From: Camelus dromedarius
Taxonomy: Eukaryota
Direction: 5' to 3'
DNA: 64,000 nucleotides
NCBI RefSeq assembly: GCF_036321535.1
Contig: NC_087437.1
Span: 78,680,001-78,744,000, forward strand
Numbering within the stretch: the stretch's first letter is position 1; each line of letters starts with the position of its first letter. The translations under genes were made by a program, and so were the position numbers. Below the pieces are notes generated by a model that saw nothing but the letters and a program-made list of their open reading frames with translations, did no database searches and was not told the DNA's origin. Below, piece after piece: positions 28,573 to 42,656 of this stretch.

Positions 28573-28933
28573 ACATATTAAGGGAGAATAGAACTTAAAG
28601 ATTTAAATTTAAGTGGCTTTGTACAGCATGCTTTTGAGCTATTGCGAAGCATTTATACCTACAACAAAAAAAATGAAAAAGAAAAAAAGTTTTCAATGAT
28701 CAAACTAAAGAGAGATAGGTAGCTCTAAAGGACACATAATAAAACTCACAGGGCATCACCCTTGTGAATATCTGCAATAAACTGAACCTAAATATTCATT
28801 TGTAACCTGTTAGTCTACTGTTCATAGAATACACACTGTGATTTCCTTACACTGTAGCAAATTCACAAGCAGTTACTTATTTCAGAAATAGGGCAGCAGA
28901 AGAAACACATGGGAATATCTATTGAAAAAGTAG

Positions 28934-29462
28934 CTCTATTAATTAGCTACTGCCAAAACAAAATGAACAAACAAATAAACAAATAAAAAAATAAGTCTTC
29001 ATATCAAACTAACTCAAGAATGAGAGCTTTTCTCATGCACTTAAGGGTTAACTATGGGTGGCTGACCAAGGCAGGACTCAACTTTGCAGCTCACTTGATT
29101 TTGACTATGTTCCCTTATGAACCTGAGGGTCAACTGGGGGTCTTCTACTTTAGATGGGCAGTTCTGCTCCACACTGCAGATCTGCAGGTTCTGGTCTGCT
29201 TCCTATGTATCTCATCCACCTTGGATCAGCAGACCAGCCAGAGCATGCTCTTTTCATAGCAATAGCAAGAGCATAGAATAACACACAGAACCATGTGAGG
29301 CTTCTGAAGACTTATATTCAGAAATGGCACACTGTCAGTGATCACTACGTGCCATTAGTCAAAGCAAGCCACATATAGCAAGCCTAAATCAAGAAGCTGA
29401 GAAGGGTACCACACCTATGCTAAGACCATGCTAAGGGTAAAGTCATAATTCAATCTACCTCA
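28934..29462 (-). mobile_element. MaLR LTR, MLT1H-like
   Basis: 'gagcatgctcttttcatagcaatagcaagagc', 'cagaaatggcacactgtca', 'cattagtcaaagcaagccaca', 'ataattcaatctacctca'. Confidence 0.75.
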
Positions 29463-32400
29463 GTAGTCAATGTCAGAAAGGAAGAATTAGTTGCAGGTAC
29501 AATAATACTTATCTCCAGAAAATGAACCAAGATTTTTCTTAATGATTTAAAAAATATGGCTAACAGTTCATTAGCCTTAAAAAAATTATTCCAAACAGGT
29601 AGCATATTTTGCTTTCAGTGATAAACGGACAATCAAAAGTCCCAGTATGAATTCAAATATTTTAATAATTCATAAATTTGCCCTTCCTCTGCTTCAAAAA
29701 TTACTCTTTTAAAGGAGAGCTAATGATAAGACAGATTGTGTAAGTTTAGCCCCTGTTGTATTTGGGTCATAGCTCTTGGAACTCAAAACAATAAATTCAT
29801 CTCTAATAGGTCAGAGTGTTTGTATCATCAACAGCACTGAATTTGGCAGTTTAGTCATATCTCTATCAACTTCAATGTACAGAATTTCCAATGTCACAAA
29901 TCACCACTTCTCTATCTTCTCTTTCATTCTCACATAGACACTAATAGTATATTAGTAGTGATTAATATTATCTTAGAAGGCTCTTTAATATGTGTCTAAT
30001 ATGCACTGAAATCATAAAAAACCCTTTATAACACATGTCACTCTTTTTCTATGTATAAATTATTTTTCAGACCTGGGTTCAACAGTTTTATTGAAAAAAG
30101 CTGTAGGTTTTAAGAAGTAAAGAGCAAAACAAAACTAAGATGATACAGTGAGTGTATTCTATTGTAATGTTTGAAAATGAGACTTTGTACTTTTTTCTCA
30201 TGGAAACAACCTACATTATCAATGTAGGTAAAGAACAGTCATTTGTTCAAACTGACAGGTTTATTCTTAAACTCACATGACATAAATCTGCCTCTTGTTT
30301 TCCTAAGTTTACAAAAATCTTTTAGAGAACTCATCATTCATTGCTAAGTAATAAGTTATTATCAATCACCTTATTAAATAAAGTTAACATTACTAAGAAA
30401 ATTGTGGACCAATTAAGCAGAGACAGGCAAGAAAGACCTCCACAGAAAATATTTATCTCTTTACTCCCATGGGTAAACATAGAATCTGGCAATGCCCACA
30501 TTGCTTGTTTGTTTTATTTTACACAAGTGTTCACCCATAAGACCATATTTTGTCATTAAATCTGGTAATAGAAATTCAACGTCAGCTTAAGTTGAGAAAA
30601 CAAGTCAGTTTAATGGATTTTCTTCACTCTTTCACTATAATTATGTTGCATTCTGCAAGAACCAAGGTTATAATAAGAAGATGGATGGAAAAAATAAGAG
30701 AATAGGAGTTGAAGGAGAGGAGAAAAGTGACAAAGATGTGATAGAAAAGCACCAGGAGAAAGAGAGGTAGAATTAATATTGATAAGATGACTAACGGGCT
30801 ATTTTTCTCTCTTAATTATCTGCGTCAAATTTGTCCTAGCCTAATGTATGAGAAGAAAAATGAATTGTTAATATCAGATCTTTATCCTCCATTCTATCCA
30901 CAGAAAAGAGCCCCTAGGGCTTTGTTTAGTACCTTCTGCTTCTAGCTATATCCAAATTCTACATTGTATTTTAGGTTATGTATATAGGAAGCATATAAGA
31001 TTAAATCTGAGAGAATAGATAAGAAGATTGATCTATCAGGCTATTCTTTCAACAAAACTATATGCTGCCCAAACATTTTCTGCTAGCTATATTGGTTCGT
31101 TACAACCCTATCTCCTTCTACCAAAATTTCAGGAGTGGAATATTCAATATTATATCTACATTTTATGTCATTAGAAAACACATGTACTATAATTTGGGAA
31201 ATATATCTACTAGAAAAATCTGTGGCAATATAAAAATATTACAGAGAACAGAAGAAAATATGAATATCTGAGGTTTATTGGCAGATAATGATAAAAAAAA
31301 CAGTTGCGGCCGGTTTTGATTTTTAATTTTATGATCCATTCAAGAAACTCACACACAAAAAGTGAAAGAATGTGGAAAGACTTAATGAATCTAAAACAAA
31401 GCCTGCATCTATAACCTGGTTTTCACTTTTCTTGTTGTTAACAGTCAAGATTATTTTTGTCACCTTCATCACCAACTGGACTTAAAAATTTTATGGCTGG
31501 TTGGTGCTTCATGGCTCTTGTGTATGTTTCTGTGGGTATAATTATTTATTTTCAACAAAGTTTTGACCCTGGAACCCATAGTGTGGGTCTGGTTACTGGC
31601 TTTGTGTGTGATGATGAAATAATTTGAATAAACATTATTCATTCACAGGTCACAAAGTGAACGTATGGACCAAAGACAGATCTTGTTCGATTCAGCTTTC
31701 AATTTCATGTGCACATCTGGTTGAGGCTCTAAAGAATTCAAATTTTTTATTCATTTTCTGTAATAATTTATTACATAACCTCTTCTCCATTTTTATAGGC
31801 TCTTTTAGGAGACATACAATTGAATTCATTAAGAATTATTTTATTCAAGTGCCACCTACAAATCAACAAGCATCACAGTCTCTTTCTTGTCTCATGTTTC
31901 AAATCTTGTGATTCTAATCATCTGTGTCACTTTTCTTCTAATTCGTGTTGTGTCCACAGTGAACTTACACATCACCTAGGTTGCCTGTGCTTGTCAGAGT
32001 TCGAGGGGGACTGTATAGTTAAATTTAGTCATTTAATTCATTTACAATCATTTTTCCAAAGGTCTCTGAGGTTGCATAAGAAAATACTATTTGAATAAAG
32101 TACTTAAATGTATATGCATATATATTATTTGGTTATTATTTGATGAACATGTTAATTGCAGTAATTATGCAAATTCCATTAATGGCAATAACAGTTAAAA
32201 TTAACAATTAAAATTATAGCTCAGGACTAATGCATAAATAGTGCAAATAGGTGTAGTATTTTTTTAAATAAATAAAAAAACCCAACATCAACAGTTTACT
32301 TCACAGTTAAATGAGAAGCTTAAGGAACAAGCTACATGACGAAGAAAGAACATCATTTGTGAAAAAATAAATCACATATGTGATTTACCACAGCTTAGTA

Positions 32401-33312
32401 GTTGACATTAGAGTTGGGAAACTACATTTTTTTAAAACTACTGAAAGAAACAGAAGTTCCTTATTAGCCGTCAGTCTATAGATAGACTAACTGAAAAAAA
32501 GGGAAGTATTTCATCTTTACCTGACTCATCTTTCTTTTGGACTTTCTACTGAGGCTAAAGCATTTCACATTAGTTGGTTCCAGTAGACAGTTTTCTGTTA
32601 AATACCATTGATCGCTTATACATGAGGAGATATGCTTTAATTCACATCTTTATCTTCATATCTATCAACAGTGAATTGGTTAATGTTTCTAAGATGTTCA
32701 TTTATTACATTATAGACAGTCAATTTCACACTAACAGCAATACCATTCAATTTATCACTGTCACTTCAGGCAATGTTCTGTAGATGTGTTGACCTGAAAA
32801 AGGGCATGTGAAAAGATGTAGAATAGTGTAATCCCAAGAAATGGAATGTCATAAGCAATATGGTAACACAAACTTTGCCCTAGATTTTTTTTTTTTTTAA
32901 TTTACCTTCTGTTGCTCAAGTCCCATATCTGATAAAATATATAGATGGAATCATGGGGCAATGGGGAGAGATTATTAACTTGTTGGGAGAGATCTTCCCA
33001 AGTCATAATAGTAGTTAGAATATCTGCACAATACTATGATGGATGCTCACTATCACTGCATCATTGTCTTCCTATCACCATAATAATTTGATTCTGTCAC
33101 TGAATGTATTTCTTTAGGTTTATCTCTAAATTATCCCATCCTTAGAGCTCAGATCTTTGAATTTGATCTACTTAGTCTGAGCAAAGGAGGAATCAAATGT
33201 CTAGGTAGAGAACATTGTTATAAGCCTATTAAAGTTGAATTCAATGCTTTATGACACAAATCAACCATAACAAAACATAAGGGTATGATTATTTTTAAAA
33301 TAAATTATTTTA

Positions 33313-33476
33313 GGGGGGAGGATATACCTTAAGTGGTAGAGTGCATGCTTAGCATGCACAAGGCCACGGGTTCAATCCCCAGCACCTCCTCTAAAAAAAT
33401 AAATAAACCCAATTACCTCCTCCCCACAAACAAACAAAAAAATACAGTAATAAATTAAATATTTAAAAAATAAAAT
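33313..33476 (+). mobile_element. tRNA-Ala(AGC)-derived SINE (camelid Vic-1-like)
   Basis: Head 'gggggaggatataccttaagtggtagagtgcatgcttagcatgcacaaggccacgggttcaatccccagcacctcc' aligns to tRNA-Ala with A and B boxes; A-rich tail; perfect 16-bp TSD aaaataaattatttta (33297-33312, 33477-33492). Confidence 0.9.
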
Positions 33477-33922
33477 AAAATAAATTATTTTAAACCTAAC
33501 AATCCCTACCAATCATATTTTTAGACTTGTGAAGATCAGTCATAGACTCATAGTAATTCAATCATCATAAAACTACTAAGGAATAATTTCTTGAAGAAAA
33601 ATAAACAAACAAGATAATCAAGCAAACAAACTGACAAATGAATTTAATTCAGAACATCAAGTTGGTTAGATAAACATTTTGAGTGAGAAACTATTATTAC
33701 TTAAAACTTTAAGTTTAAACATAATGGATAATATAACTGTAAAGTTTAAAATAAATGGCAAGAATTATTTCCCCCAAACATAGAGCAATAAAATAAAACA
33801 GTTTTATCAACTGTGATTAAAATTGCAGGTCATTTCAACAAAATTTTGGAGGTGATCAGGGAAAGTAACTACCATAAAAGCATCTTAGGGATATTAATTA
33901 ATGGGCTAAGGTGTGGGAACTT

Positions 33923-33943
33923 TATATATATATATATATACAC

Positions 33944-33992
<49 letters not shown>
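33923..33992 (+). repeat. (TA)n(CA)n compound microsatellite
   Basis: Read directly from the sequence. Confidence 0.95.
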
Positions 33993-33995
<3 letters not shown>

Positions 33996-34199
33996 ACATA
34001 TATGTCTTAGTGAATATATAAATAAAAGTATAAATTAATATAAATATATCTGATATATAACTATAGATATATAATATGAATTAAATATATTACAAAAATA
34101 TTTTGACATAACCATTTGAATAATGACAAATATACAGTTTTCACACTACTAAAGAGAAAGTAGATATGTCTGTTGTCAATTAAGAAAGAGCTAAATAAA

Positions 34200-35450
34200 G
34201 AAGTAATTTATAAAAATTAACTACGTTTCACCTTTCCCTACATGAAACACTATGTCCGAAATAAGGTTAACAAAAAAATCAATCCTTACAATAAGTGGAA
34301 TGAGAAATATTTCTCTAAGAAAAGACACAGATTTTCTCAGTTTGTATTAAAATATGAAGCTATGAATTTACAAAGGAAGCATCAACAACAAATAGTACGT
34401 GGCTGAAAATACAGACATTACCAAGATGTTTAGAAAGAAAGATAGCTTGGTAACATTAATGAAATTTGGAAAAATATAAACTTAGAGTAAAGTTTATGAA
34501 ATGTGAAAAGGGGAGATATTTTGTATTCATAAAAATTACAATCCACAAAGAAAATAAAACATTAATGAATTTTATGTAGTGAGAAAATTAAGCAAAACTG
34601 AGAGAACTGACAAACTTGCAATTATTTTCAGGACACAATACCTGTCTGTAGTGCTCATTATATTATCTATATAAAGATTAAATAAAGCAACAAGATATTT
34701 ATAGAGGATAATTAATAAAAGTGATCATTGCTTTTATTTAAAAAAAAGCAGAAGTATTTGATCTTCAAGTATTTCTGAAATATTTACTTAAAAAGATTGT
34801 GAATTTAGGAAGAGAAATACAAAAAAATTTCCCCAAATAAGAAACTGTGTATAGGCAATATTTTCTGAATATTTTGTAATTAAATTGGAAGTTAAAAATT
34901 TTAAATGAGCAGTATTTTGTTTTTCTTTTTGTTATTTTTTAACTTTGAAGTTTTTTTTGAATCACGTATATAAAAAGAACTTAAGCAAAAAAGAACATTG
35001 AAGCTGAAATAACAGATTATTTTGAAATAAGCAATGAAAAATTATAACCCAAACTTTTCAGAAGTCAAATGATACTCATAGGTAGCTTTTTGTAATAACC
35101 ATAATTATAATTAAGAAAACAAAATTATTTTCAAATTAAGAAAATGATGTATTAAGTTTTAAAAAAACATAAAATAAATGTTAGGAAAGAATTAACAATC
35201 ATAAATTGAAGAATTAATAGAACCGAAGAACAAAAAGCTCCTTAATAAAAAAAAAACTACAGAAAGATTAATATAGACATGATTTTGCAAGGCTTATCAA
35301 GACAAAAAGAAAATACAAATGAATATTAGCAACAGAAACCCAGACCAAAGGGGATATAAAATATTAAGACGATTCTTGGTAGAAAATAATAAGAATTTTG
35401 AAAAGGGACAATTAGGAAGATACAGATTATGAAAATATATATAACATTTT
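34200..35450 (+). mobile_element. Ancient L1 ORF2 (endonuclease region) remnant
   Basis: A-rich; 'gggagatattttgtattcataaaaattacaatccacaaagaaaataaaacattaatgaattttatg' and 'aagcaaaactgagagaact' resemble L1 EN (GHYIMIKGSIHQEDITILNIY..KQKLTEL). Confidence 0.6.
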
Positions 35451-36349
35451 AAAAAGGTAGTAATTCAACACAGTTTTAGTCTTTATTATTTATATTCCAT
35501 AATTTTTATACTCACATTAAAATTGAGTAATATTCCTAGTAATATTTTATTTAGTGGATTTTAAAACCTCAACTAAAATAAAAAATAACAACTTTTAAAT
35601 TGAATTATAATTTTTTTCTACTTTCTGCACTTGGGAGAGTGACTATTTTATTCTTTTAATAAACAAGTATACATACTATAAAATACCAGCATGTAATGCA
35701 ATATGTAGAGTTTGTGTTTTCATTTTCATTCAAGTTTAAGCTTTAAATCTTCAGTCCACTCAATTGCACAAAGTAGAGAGACTATTGTAAGTTTATTAAA
35801 GGTCTAAACTTCAGAACCATTTTTTAGATGTTATTCAATTAAAATAAAATGCAGGAGTAAAACAAAGTGGGAAACATGACTATTTGTATTGTGTTATAGT
35901 CCACAAAATGCATTATGTGATTTGTGTAAAAGTGAACAAAGACATTTTCTATACCTAATATCTCCCTTATTTTAATGTATATTTTAAGCCTTTGCTTAGT
36001 TCTAATATTGAGGAAATATTCATGTATATCTAAGAAAAGTGAAATTTTGCCATGTAGTGTCAAAGAACAGATAATTCTGTTATACCAAAATAAGCTTTAT
36101 TTTAGAAAGAATAAACCTCTTTTAGGAGATCATGTAAAATTAATGGAGATCAATATAATAACATTAAAAATAATCTCTCACCAGTGCTCCTCTCTGAATT
36201 TCGTATTTTCACCTGTCACTATGAAAAATATGATAAAATTGCAGATGACTGTTGGCTGCTCTGCATTTCACAGCATGCCTCTCCATTTGCATGTGAAGAG
36301 ACAACTGATTACTGCATATGCCTTAATTTGTGAGGAGAAACAATATGTT

Positions 36350-36515
36350 TAATGGGGAAAGGATAATGGGCTGAGTGTAAAAAGATCTGGAACATAAGCC
36401 TTGCTGTGCAACTACCTAGCTTTGTACTCTGAATTACTTATTTAATCCCTCAGTTCCCTATGCTAGAAACTAGAGGATTAGTATGGGATCCCTATTAACT
36501 CTAAGTCTCTGAAAT
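36350..36515 (+). mobile_element. MIR remnant
   Basis: 'aaaagatctggaacataagccttgctgtgcaactacctagctttgtactctg...cctcagttccct'. Confidence 0.5.
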
Positions 36516-36649
36516 TTACTTTGACAAGTGATGATGCAAATTTTTCCCATTTTCTTTTTTGTCAGTGTTTCATTAATTCTCATTTTCAATGATTTTGTTT
36601 ACCTGATAGTTTGGCAATTTTAATCTTGATATATTTAAATTTAATATAA

Positions 36650-38340
36650 AATAATATATAATATGATTTAGTATAAAATTTACAGAAAAGCTGCAAGAAT
36701 AGTACAAGAAACACTTGAATATCATTATCTAGATCTACCTCTTATTTACATCTTGCATTATTTACTCTAATATCTCTCTGTCTCTCTTTTTCTCTCTCAT
36801 TCACTCTTTCTCTCATTCTCTTGCTCTGTTTCTCCCTCTCATGTATGTGTTTGCCTGCATACATTTATACGCTTTTTTTTTTCTGAAACATTTGAGACTA
36901 ATTTGGAGACTATTCCTTTTTACAGAACATGGGTATTCTGTTACATAGCAACAGTATAGTTATCAAAATCAGGAAATTTAACCTTCATATAATATATTAT
37001 CTAATCCACTGTCCATATTTTAATTTCCTCAATTGTCAGAGATATACTTTATAGCTATTTGTTTTCCACATTCGATCGAAGATCTAATCCAAGATCACAC
37101 ATTACATTTAGTTGCCGTGTACTTTCAGCTTCCTTTCATCTGAAAGAGATCTTGAGCTTTTCTTTGCTTCTTAAGATTAAAATTTTTAGGCCAGTTATTT
37201 TGAAGAATGTCTCTCGTTGTTTGGATGATGTTTGCTAAAAAGATGTATCATTCTCAGTGTCATAAAGAGACACACAATTGAGACAAATCAGTATTTGTCT
37301 CAGTATTGATGAAGTCTCATCTAATCACTTGGGTATGCTGATATCCCAAGGTTTCTGTATTATAAATTTACTATTTTTGCGTTTGTAATAAAAAAGTACT
37401 AAGTGGAAAAGTTTTAGCAACTGGTGATAATTTTCTAACTCAGTCAGTCCTAAATTTATTAGCCACTTCTTTAACATTTTATTTCATTTATTTATTCACA
37501 TCAAAATAGAGTCATGATTTTTAATATCATTTAAAATTATTCTAATATTATTCTGGAGATAACTCCTTTACCAAATTTATGGTTTGCAATATCATCTCAG
37601 CCAATCCATGCTTTAGATTTTCATTTGTAAATAGTGTCGATTGACAAGTAAATTATTACAATTTTGACAAAGTCTAACTTACCATCTTTTAATAGGATAT
37701 TTTTTTCTGTGTTCTAAGATATATTTGCCACTCCCAGATCATGAAGAATATTTCTAATGTTTGCTGTTTTATTGTTTTAGATACTACTTTTAGGTATAGG
37801 GCCAAATTTAAATTGATTTTTATGAGTGTGAGGTAGGAGTTAAAGTTCATTTTTTACATAAGGATATCTGAGTTTTCTAACACCTTTTGTTAAATGGCTA
37901 AATTTAACATTTGTTAATTTTTTAAAATTAACAACTGGCTATTATTAACTGATAATTTTCTTTCCCTATTGACTCTCTTTGGCACTGTATTCAAAACTAA
38001 ATGATTATACAAAAATGGTTTTATTTATTACCAACTCCACACTGTCTAGATTTCTGTAGGGTTGTAGAGTGTTTTGAAGTTAATTATACAATCCTTCAAC
38101 TTTGTTCTCCCTATTCAAGATTGTTTTTACTACTCTAGATTTTTTTGCATTATCATCTACAGTTTAAGTCTATTTTGCAATTTACATGTTTTTAAAAAGC
38201 ATATTGGAATTATATTGGGATTGCCTTGGTTCCATAAATTAATTTGGTGAGAACTGATATATTAACAATATTGAGTTTTCTAGTCTTTAACCTTGCTACA
38301 GTTTCCATTTCATACACTTAATTTGTTTATTAAGCCATTG
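36650..38340 (-). mobile_element. Old L1 (L1MC4/5-like 3' end plus ORF2 pieces)
   Basis: 'tttacagaaaagctgcaagaatagtacaa', 'gttatcaaaatcaggaaatttaac', 'ccttcaactttgttctcc...ttcaagattgtttt', 'ggtgagaactgatatattaacaatattgagt'. Confidence 0.75.
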
Positions 38341-38474
38341 AGTATATGTAAAATAATTTCTTTAAGGGTCTTACCTACTTATCTCAATTCCAAATTCTGC
38401 TTTACCTCAGTGTTGTTTCTTTTGACTCTATTTCCCTTCTTATAAGTCTTAATTTCCACTTATCACATCTACTA

Positions 38475-40345
38475 TTTTTAAAAATACTTTACTTTTTTAG
38501 GGCAGTTAAGTATTCACAGCACAATTAAGAGAAAGGCACAGAGATTTTGCATATGCCCCCTGCCACCACACATGCACCACATTCCTCCTTTATCAACAAC
38601 CCCCACCAGATTGGTATACTTGTTACAACTGATGAACCTACAATGACACATCATAATCACCCAAAGTCCATGGTTTAGAGTTTACTCTTGAAGTTGTACA
38701 TACTAAGGGCTGGAACATAGGTTTAATGACATATTTCCAGCATTATACTATCATACAGAGTATTTTCACTGGCCTAAAATTCCTCTGTGTTCCGTCAATT
38801 CATCCTTCTTCCATCCAACCACTGGGAATCAATAATCTTTTTACTATTTCCTTAGTTTTGCCTTTTTAGGAATGTCATGTAGTTGGAATCATACAGTATG
38901 TAACCTTTTCGTGTTGGCTCCTTCCACTTAGATTGAAGATTTCTCCATGTCTTTTAATTGACTTTTTTTTTTTTTAACCCAGTTTATTCACCCATTTACA
39001 TACTGAAGTACATGTCAGTTACTTCCATGTTTTGGCATTTATGAATAAAGCTGCTATAAACATTTTACATAGGCTTTAGTGTGAACATAAGTTTTCAGCT
39101 CTTTTGGGTAAACATCAAGGAGGATGACTGCTGTATCATATGGTAAGAGTGTGTTTGATTTAAAACAAAACAAAACAAAAACACTAAATGTCTTCCAAAG
39201 TATCTCTAACTTTTACTCCCACCAGCAATGAATGAATTCTTTTGCTCCATATCCTCACCAGGATTTGGTGTTTTCAATATTCTGGATTTTGGTCATTCTG
39301 TTAGGTGTGTAGTAGTATCTAATTGTTATTCTAATCTGCAATTCCTTGATGAAATATGATGTAGAGCAACATTTCATGTGGCTATTTGCCATTTGTATAT
39401 CTTCTTTGGTGAGGTATCTGTTGAGGACTTTGACCCCTATTTCAGTGGAGTCATCTGTTTCCTTATTGTAGAGTTTTAAGAGTTCTTTGTATAATTTGGA
39501 TAACAGTTCTTTATTTGTCATTTGCAAATATTTTCTCCAATCTGTGGCTTATCTTTTCATTCTTTTGACATTGTCTTTTGCAGAGCAGAAGTTTTTAATT
39601 TTAATTAAGTCCAGCTTATCAATTATTTATTTCATGGATCATGCCTTCAGTGTTTTATCTAAAAAGGCATCATGATACTCAAAGTCATCGAGATTTTTCA
39701 CCTATGTTATCTTCTAAGAGTTTTACAGTTTTGCATTTACATTTAGATCTGTGATTCATTTTGAATTAATTTTTTGTGAATTGTGTAAGATTATGTCTAG
39801 ATTCTTTTGTCAATATTCATAAAACAACTTGCTGGGATTTTGATTGGGGTTGCTACAGATCAAGCTGGGAAAAATTGATATTTTGACATTACTGAGTCTT
39901 CCTATCCATGAGCATGAAACATCTTTCCATTTAGTTAGTTCTTTGAGTTCATTCATCAGAGTTTTGAAGTTTTCCTCATAGATTTCTTATATATATTTAT
40001 TAGATTTATACCTAAGTATTTCATTTTGGGGGTTACTAATGTAAATAGTATTGTGTTTTTAATTTCAAAATCAACTTGTTCATTGTTGATATATAGGATA
40101 ACAATTGATATTTGCATATTAACCTTGTGTCCTGAAACCTTCTTATTTTTTTGTTTTCAATTCCATCAATTTATGCTCTATTATTACTTATTCTCTTCTG
40201 CTTACTTTGTATTTAATTTGCTCTTCTTTTTCTAGTTTCTTAAGGTGGAAACTTACATGATTGGTTATAGATCTTTCTTCTTTTTAGTATATTCACTCAA
40301 AACTATAAATATCCTTCTAAGCACTGGTTTTGCTGAACACACAAA
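38475..40345 (-). mobile_element. L1MC1-like 3' end with ORF2 C-terminal remnant
   Basis: L1MC1 3' UTR motifs ('gttacaactgatgaacctacaatgacacatcataatcacccaaagtccat'); ORF 39255-39527 (KELLSKLYKELL...LNRYLTKEDIQMANSHMKCCSTS...RYYYTP.RM) resembles the ORF2p C-terminus. Confidence 0.88.
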
Positions 40346-40365
40346 TACAAATTTTATTGGGGAAT

Positions 40366-40712
40366 TTTTTTTAATTTTTTTAAATTGAAGTATAGTCAGT
40401 TATAATGTGTCAATTTCTGGTGTGTAGCATAATGTCCCAGTCATGCATATATATTTATATATATTCATATTCTTTTCCATTAAGGGTTATTATAAGTTTT
40501 TAAATATAGTTCCCTGTGCTATATAGAAGACATTTACTTTCTATCTATTTTTATATATAGCGGTTAACATTTGCAAATCTCAAACTCCCAAATTTCTCCC
40601 TTCCCTTTCCATTTTCCTTCCCCTTGGTAATCATAAGATTATTTACTATGTCTGCGAGTCTGTTTCCGTTTTGTAAATGAGTTCATTAATGTTCTCTCTT
40701 TTCTTTTTTTAG
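40366..40712 (-). mobile_element. Younger lineage-specific L1 3' end (cetartiodactyl/camelid type)
   Basis: T-tail, then 'aattgaagtatagtcagttataatgtgtcaatttctggtgtgtagcat...aatatagttccctgtgctata'; a shorter copy lies at ~58198-58305. Confidence 0.8.
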
Positions 40713-40719
40713 TGAAAAT

Positions 40720-42310
40720 TCCTCCCTCTTGTTCCTATTATCATTGTGGTCATTCATTTCACTCATATTAAGCATATTCTGTATGTTTCTACATATATAT
40801 GAACATATATATGCACATATATGTGACACATATCTAAGTGTACACATTTGAATACATTGTTGCCATTACTACTTTGAACTATCATCTGTTAAATCAATTA
40901 AGAGTAAGAAAAATAAAAGTTTTGATTTTACCTTCACTTATTTCTTTCTAATGCTTTTTTATGTGTGTGTGTGTGTGTGTGGACGTGAGTTTCTGACCTA
41001 TATTAATTTCCTTATTTCTAAAGAACTCCTTTTAATATTTTTGAAAAGTTGGTCTACTGGCAATAAATGCCCTCAGTTTTTGTCTGAGAAAGTATTTCTC
41101 CTTCATTTTTAAAGGATATTTTCAAGGTACAGAAATCTTGGTTGGTGGTTTTTCTCCCTCAGTACTTTAAATATTTCACTCTACTCTCTTCTTGCTTGCA
41201 TAGTTTCTGAGGAAAAGTCAAGTGTATTTTATTTGTTCTTCTAGAAGTGAGGTGTTTTTTACTATGGCTTCTTCCGTGATTTTTATTTTATTTTATTTTA
41301 TTTTTGATTTTCTGTAATTTGAAAATGATATGCTGAAGTGTATTTTTTAAAAAAATATATCGTGAGTTGAATATTTATCTTCTCCCAGGTCATTTAGGCT
41401 CTAATAATACCTCAGCAGAATTAACTCAGACTTTTCCACGTTAAGCCTCTAGTTATTTGTCAACTAGCATTCTGGATTCCTTACCCTGGTGTTGGTTCCT
41501 GCAGAGGTTTCCACTCATGTGTCTCTGCTTCAGTGAACTGTGACTCCCAGTTTTCACCTGTCCATCTGTCTCTCAAGTATTGGTGCCAGCAGTTTGCCCT
41601 GTGTATTCTCCTCTCCTAAGGACACAGAAAGAGTCACTGTTTTTTCAGTCTGTTAAGTTTTTCACTTGTTAGGAGGGAGTGGTGACCTCCAAGCTCCTTA
41701 CATGTGAACCCAGAATTTTTTTTTAACTAATTTTTAATTGTATGCTGGATATTGTGGACATTTGAGTCTTCTCAAAATATGTTGTGTTTTTGCTCACAGC
41801 AAGTTCCTTAACTCATGTATCAGATTTATCTTTACAAAAAGATTTTTTTAAGCTATCACAAGGCAGATATAAAATATATAAAGCTGGACTAGCACTTTGC
41901 ATAAAGGATGACTTTCTAGCACGTAAACTGATGGTCCTGGATGTGCAATGAGACTTCTTTTATCTAGCTACATACAAGTCCTCCGTCTTTCACACATATA
42001 TGATGCCTCCATCCAACTCAGAGATCAACAGCTACTGTGTCCTGCCAGGCCTGTAGAATCTTGGCCAGTACAAGCACAGCTTAATATTTGTCCAAAGATT
42101 TAATGTGACAGTATTACATTTGGGTATTTCTTCTTCGTGAGCTTCCTTCTCTTTGATACTCTGTCTTTTGAATTCCTACTGCCACAGCAGGCCCACACTC
42201 TAGTTCCTGCATCTTCTGCTTATGAGATTTCTATGTTCTACTTGGAGTCAACTTCCTCACACCTCATTCTAATTGGAATTCCAGGCAGAAGCCAGGGTAA
42301 GCCTAAATCT
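40720..42310 (-). mobile_element. Old L1 5'/ORF1-region fragments
   Basis: 'ggtctactggcaataaatgccctcagtttttgtctgagaaagtatttctccttcattttt', 'cagtactttaaatatttcactctactctcttcttgcttgcat'. Confidence 0.65.
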
Positions 42311-42321
42311 CATCTTGCATG

Positions 42322-42656
42322 TGTTGTCCAGAAACAACAGACTGACAGGTATTTACCCACAAAAGATGGGTTTATTTGGGATCAGAAGAGAATTGCAACT
42401 TGGGGTCAGCAAATATGGCAAGCCATTTGCAAGTCTCTGCATGGCAAGGGAAAGAAAATACTTTTACAAGTGGGAAAAGGAAGTTGAGGGCTTTAGTAAA
42501 CAGAGTCCATGGCTTTTTATTAGGAGAATCCTTGCTAGGAAAGAAGAGGAGTCTTTCTTCTTCCTGCTGGGCTCTGCCGTCATCACAGGGCCTAAGAGCT
42601 TCCCCTTCTGGTCTTCTGACTACATTTAATTGAAATTTCTGTTTATTAATTTTACA
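42322..42656 (-). mobile_element. ERV1-type solo LTR
   Basis: TG...CA termini; near-perfect 4-bp TSD catg/catt; antisense polyA signal (tttatt near 42371). Confidence 0.75.

Noticed and set aside
33313..33390. Functional tRNA-Ala gene
   Set aside because: The D-arm/A box is damaged, there is no T-run terminator, and the A-rich tail and TSD show it is a SINE.
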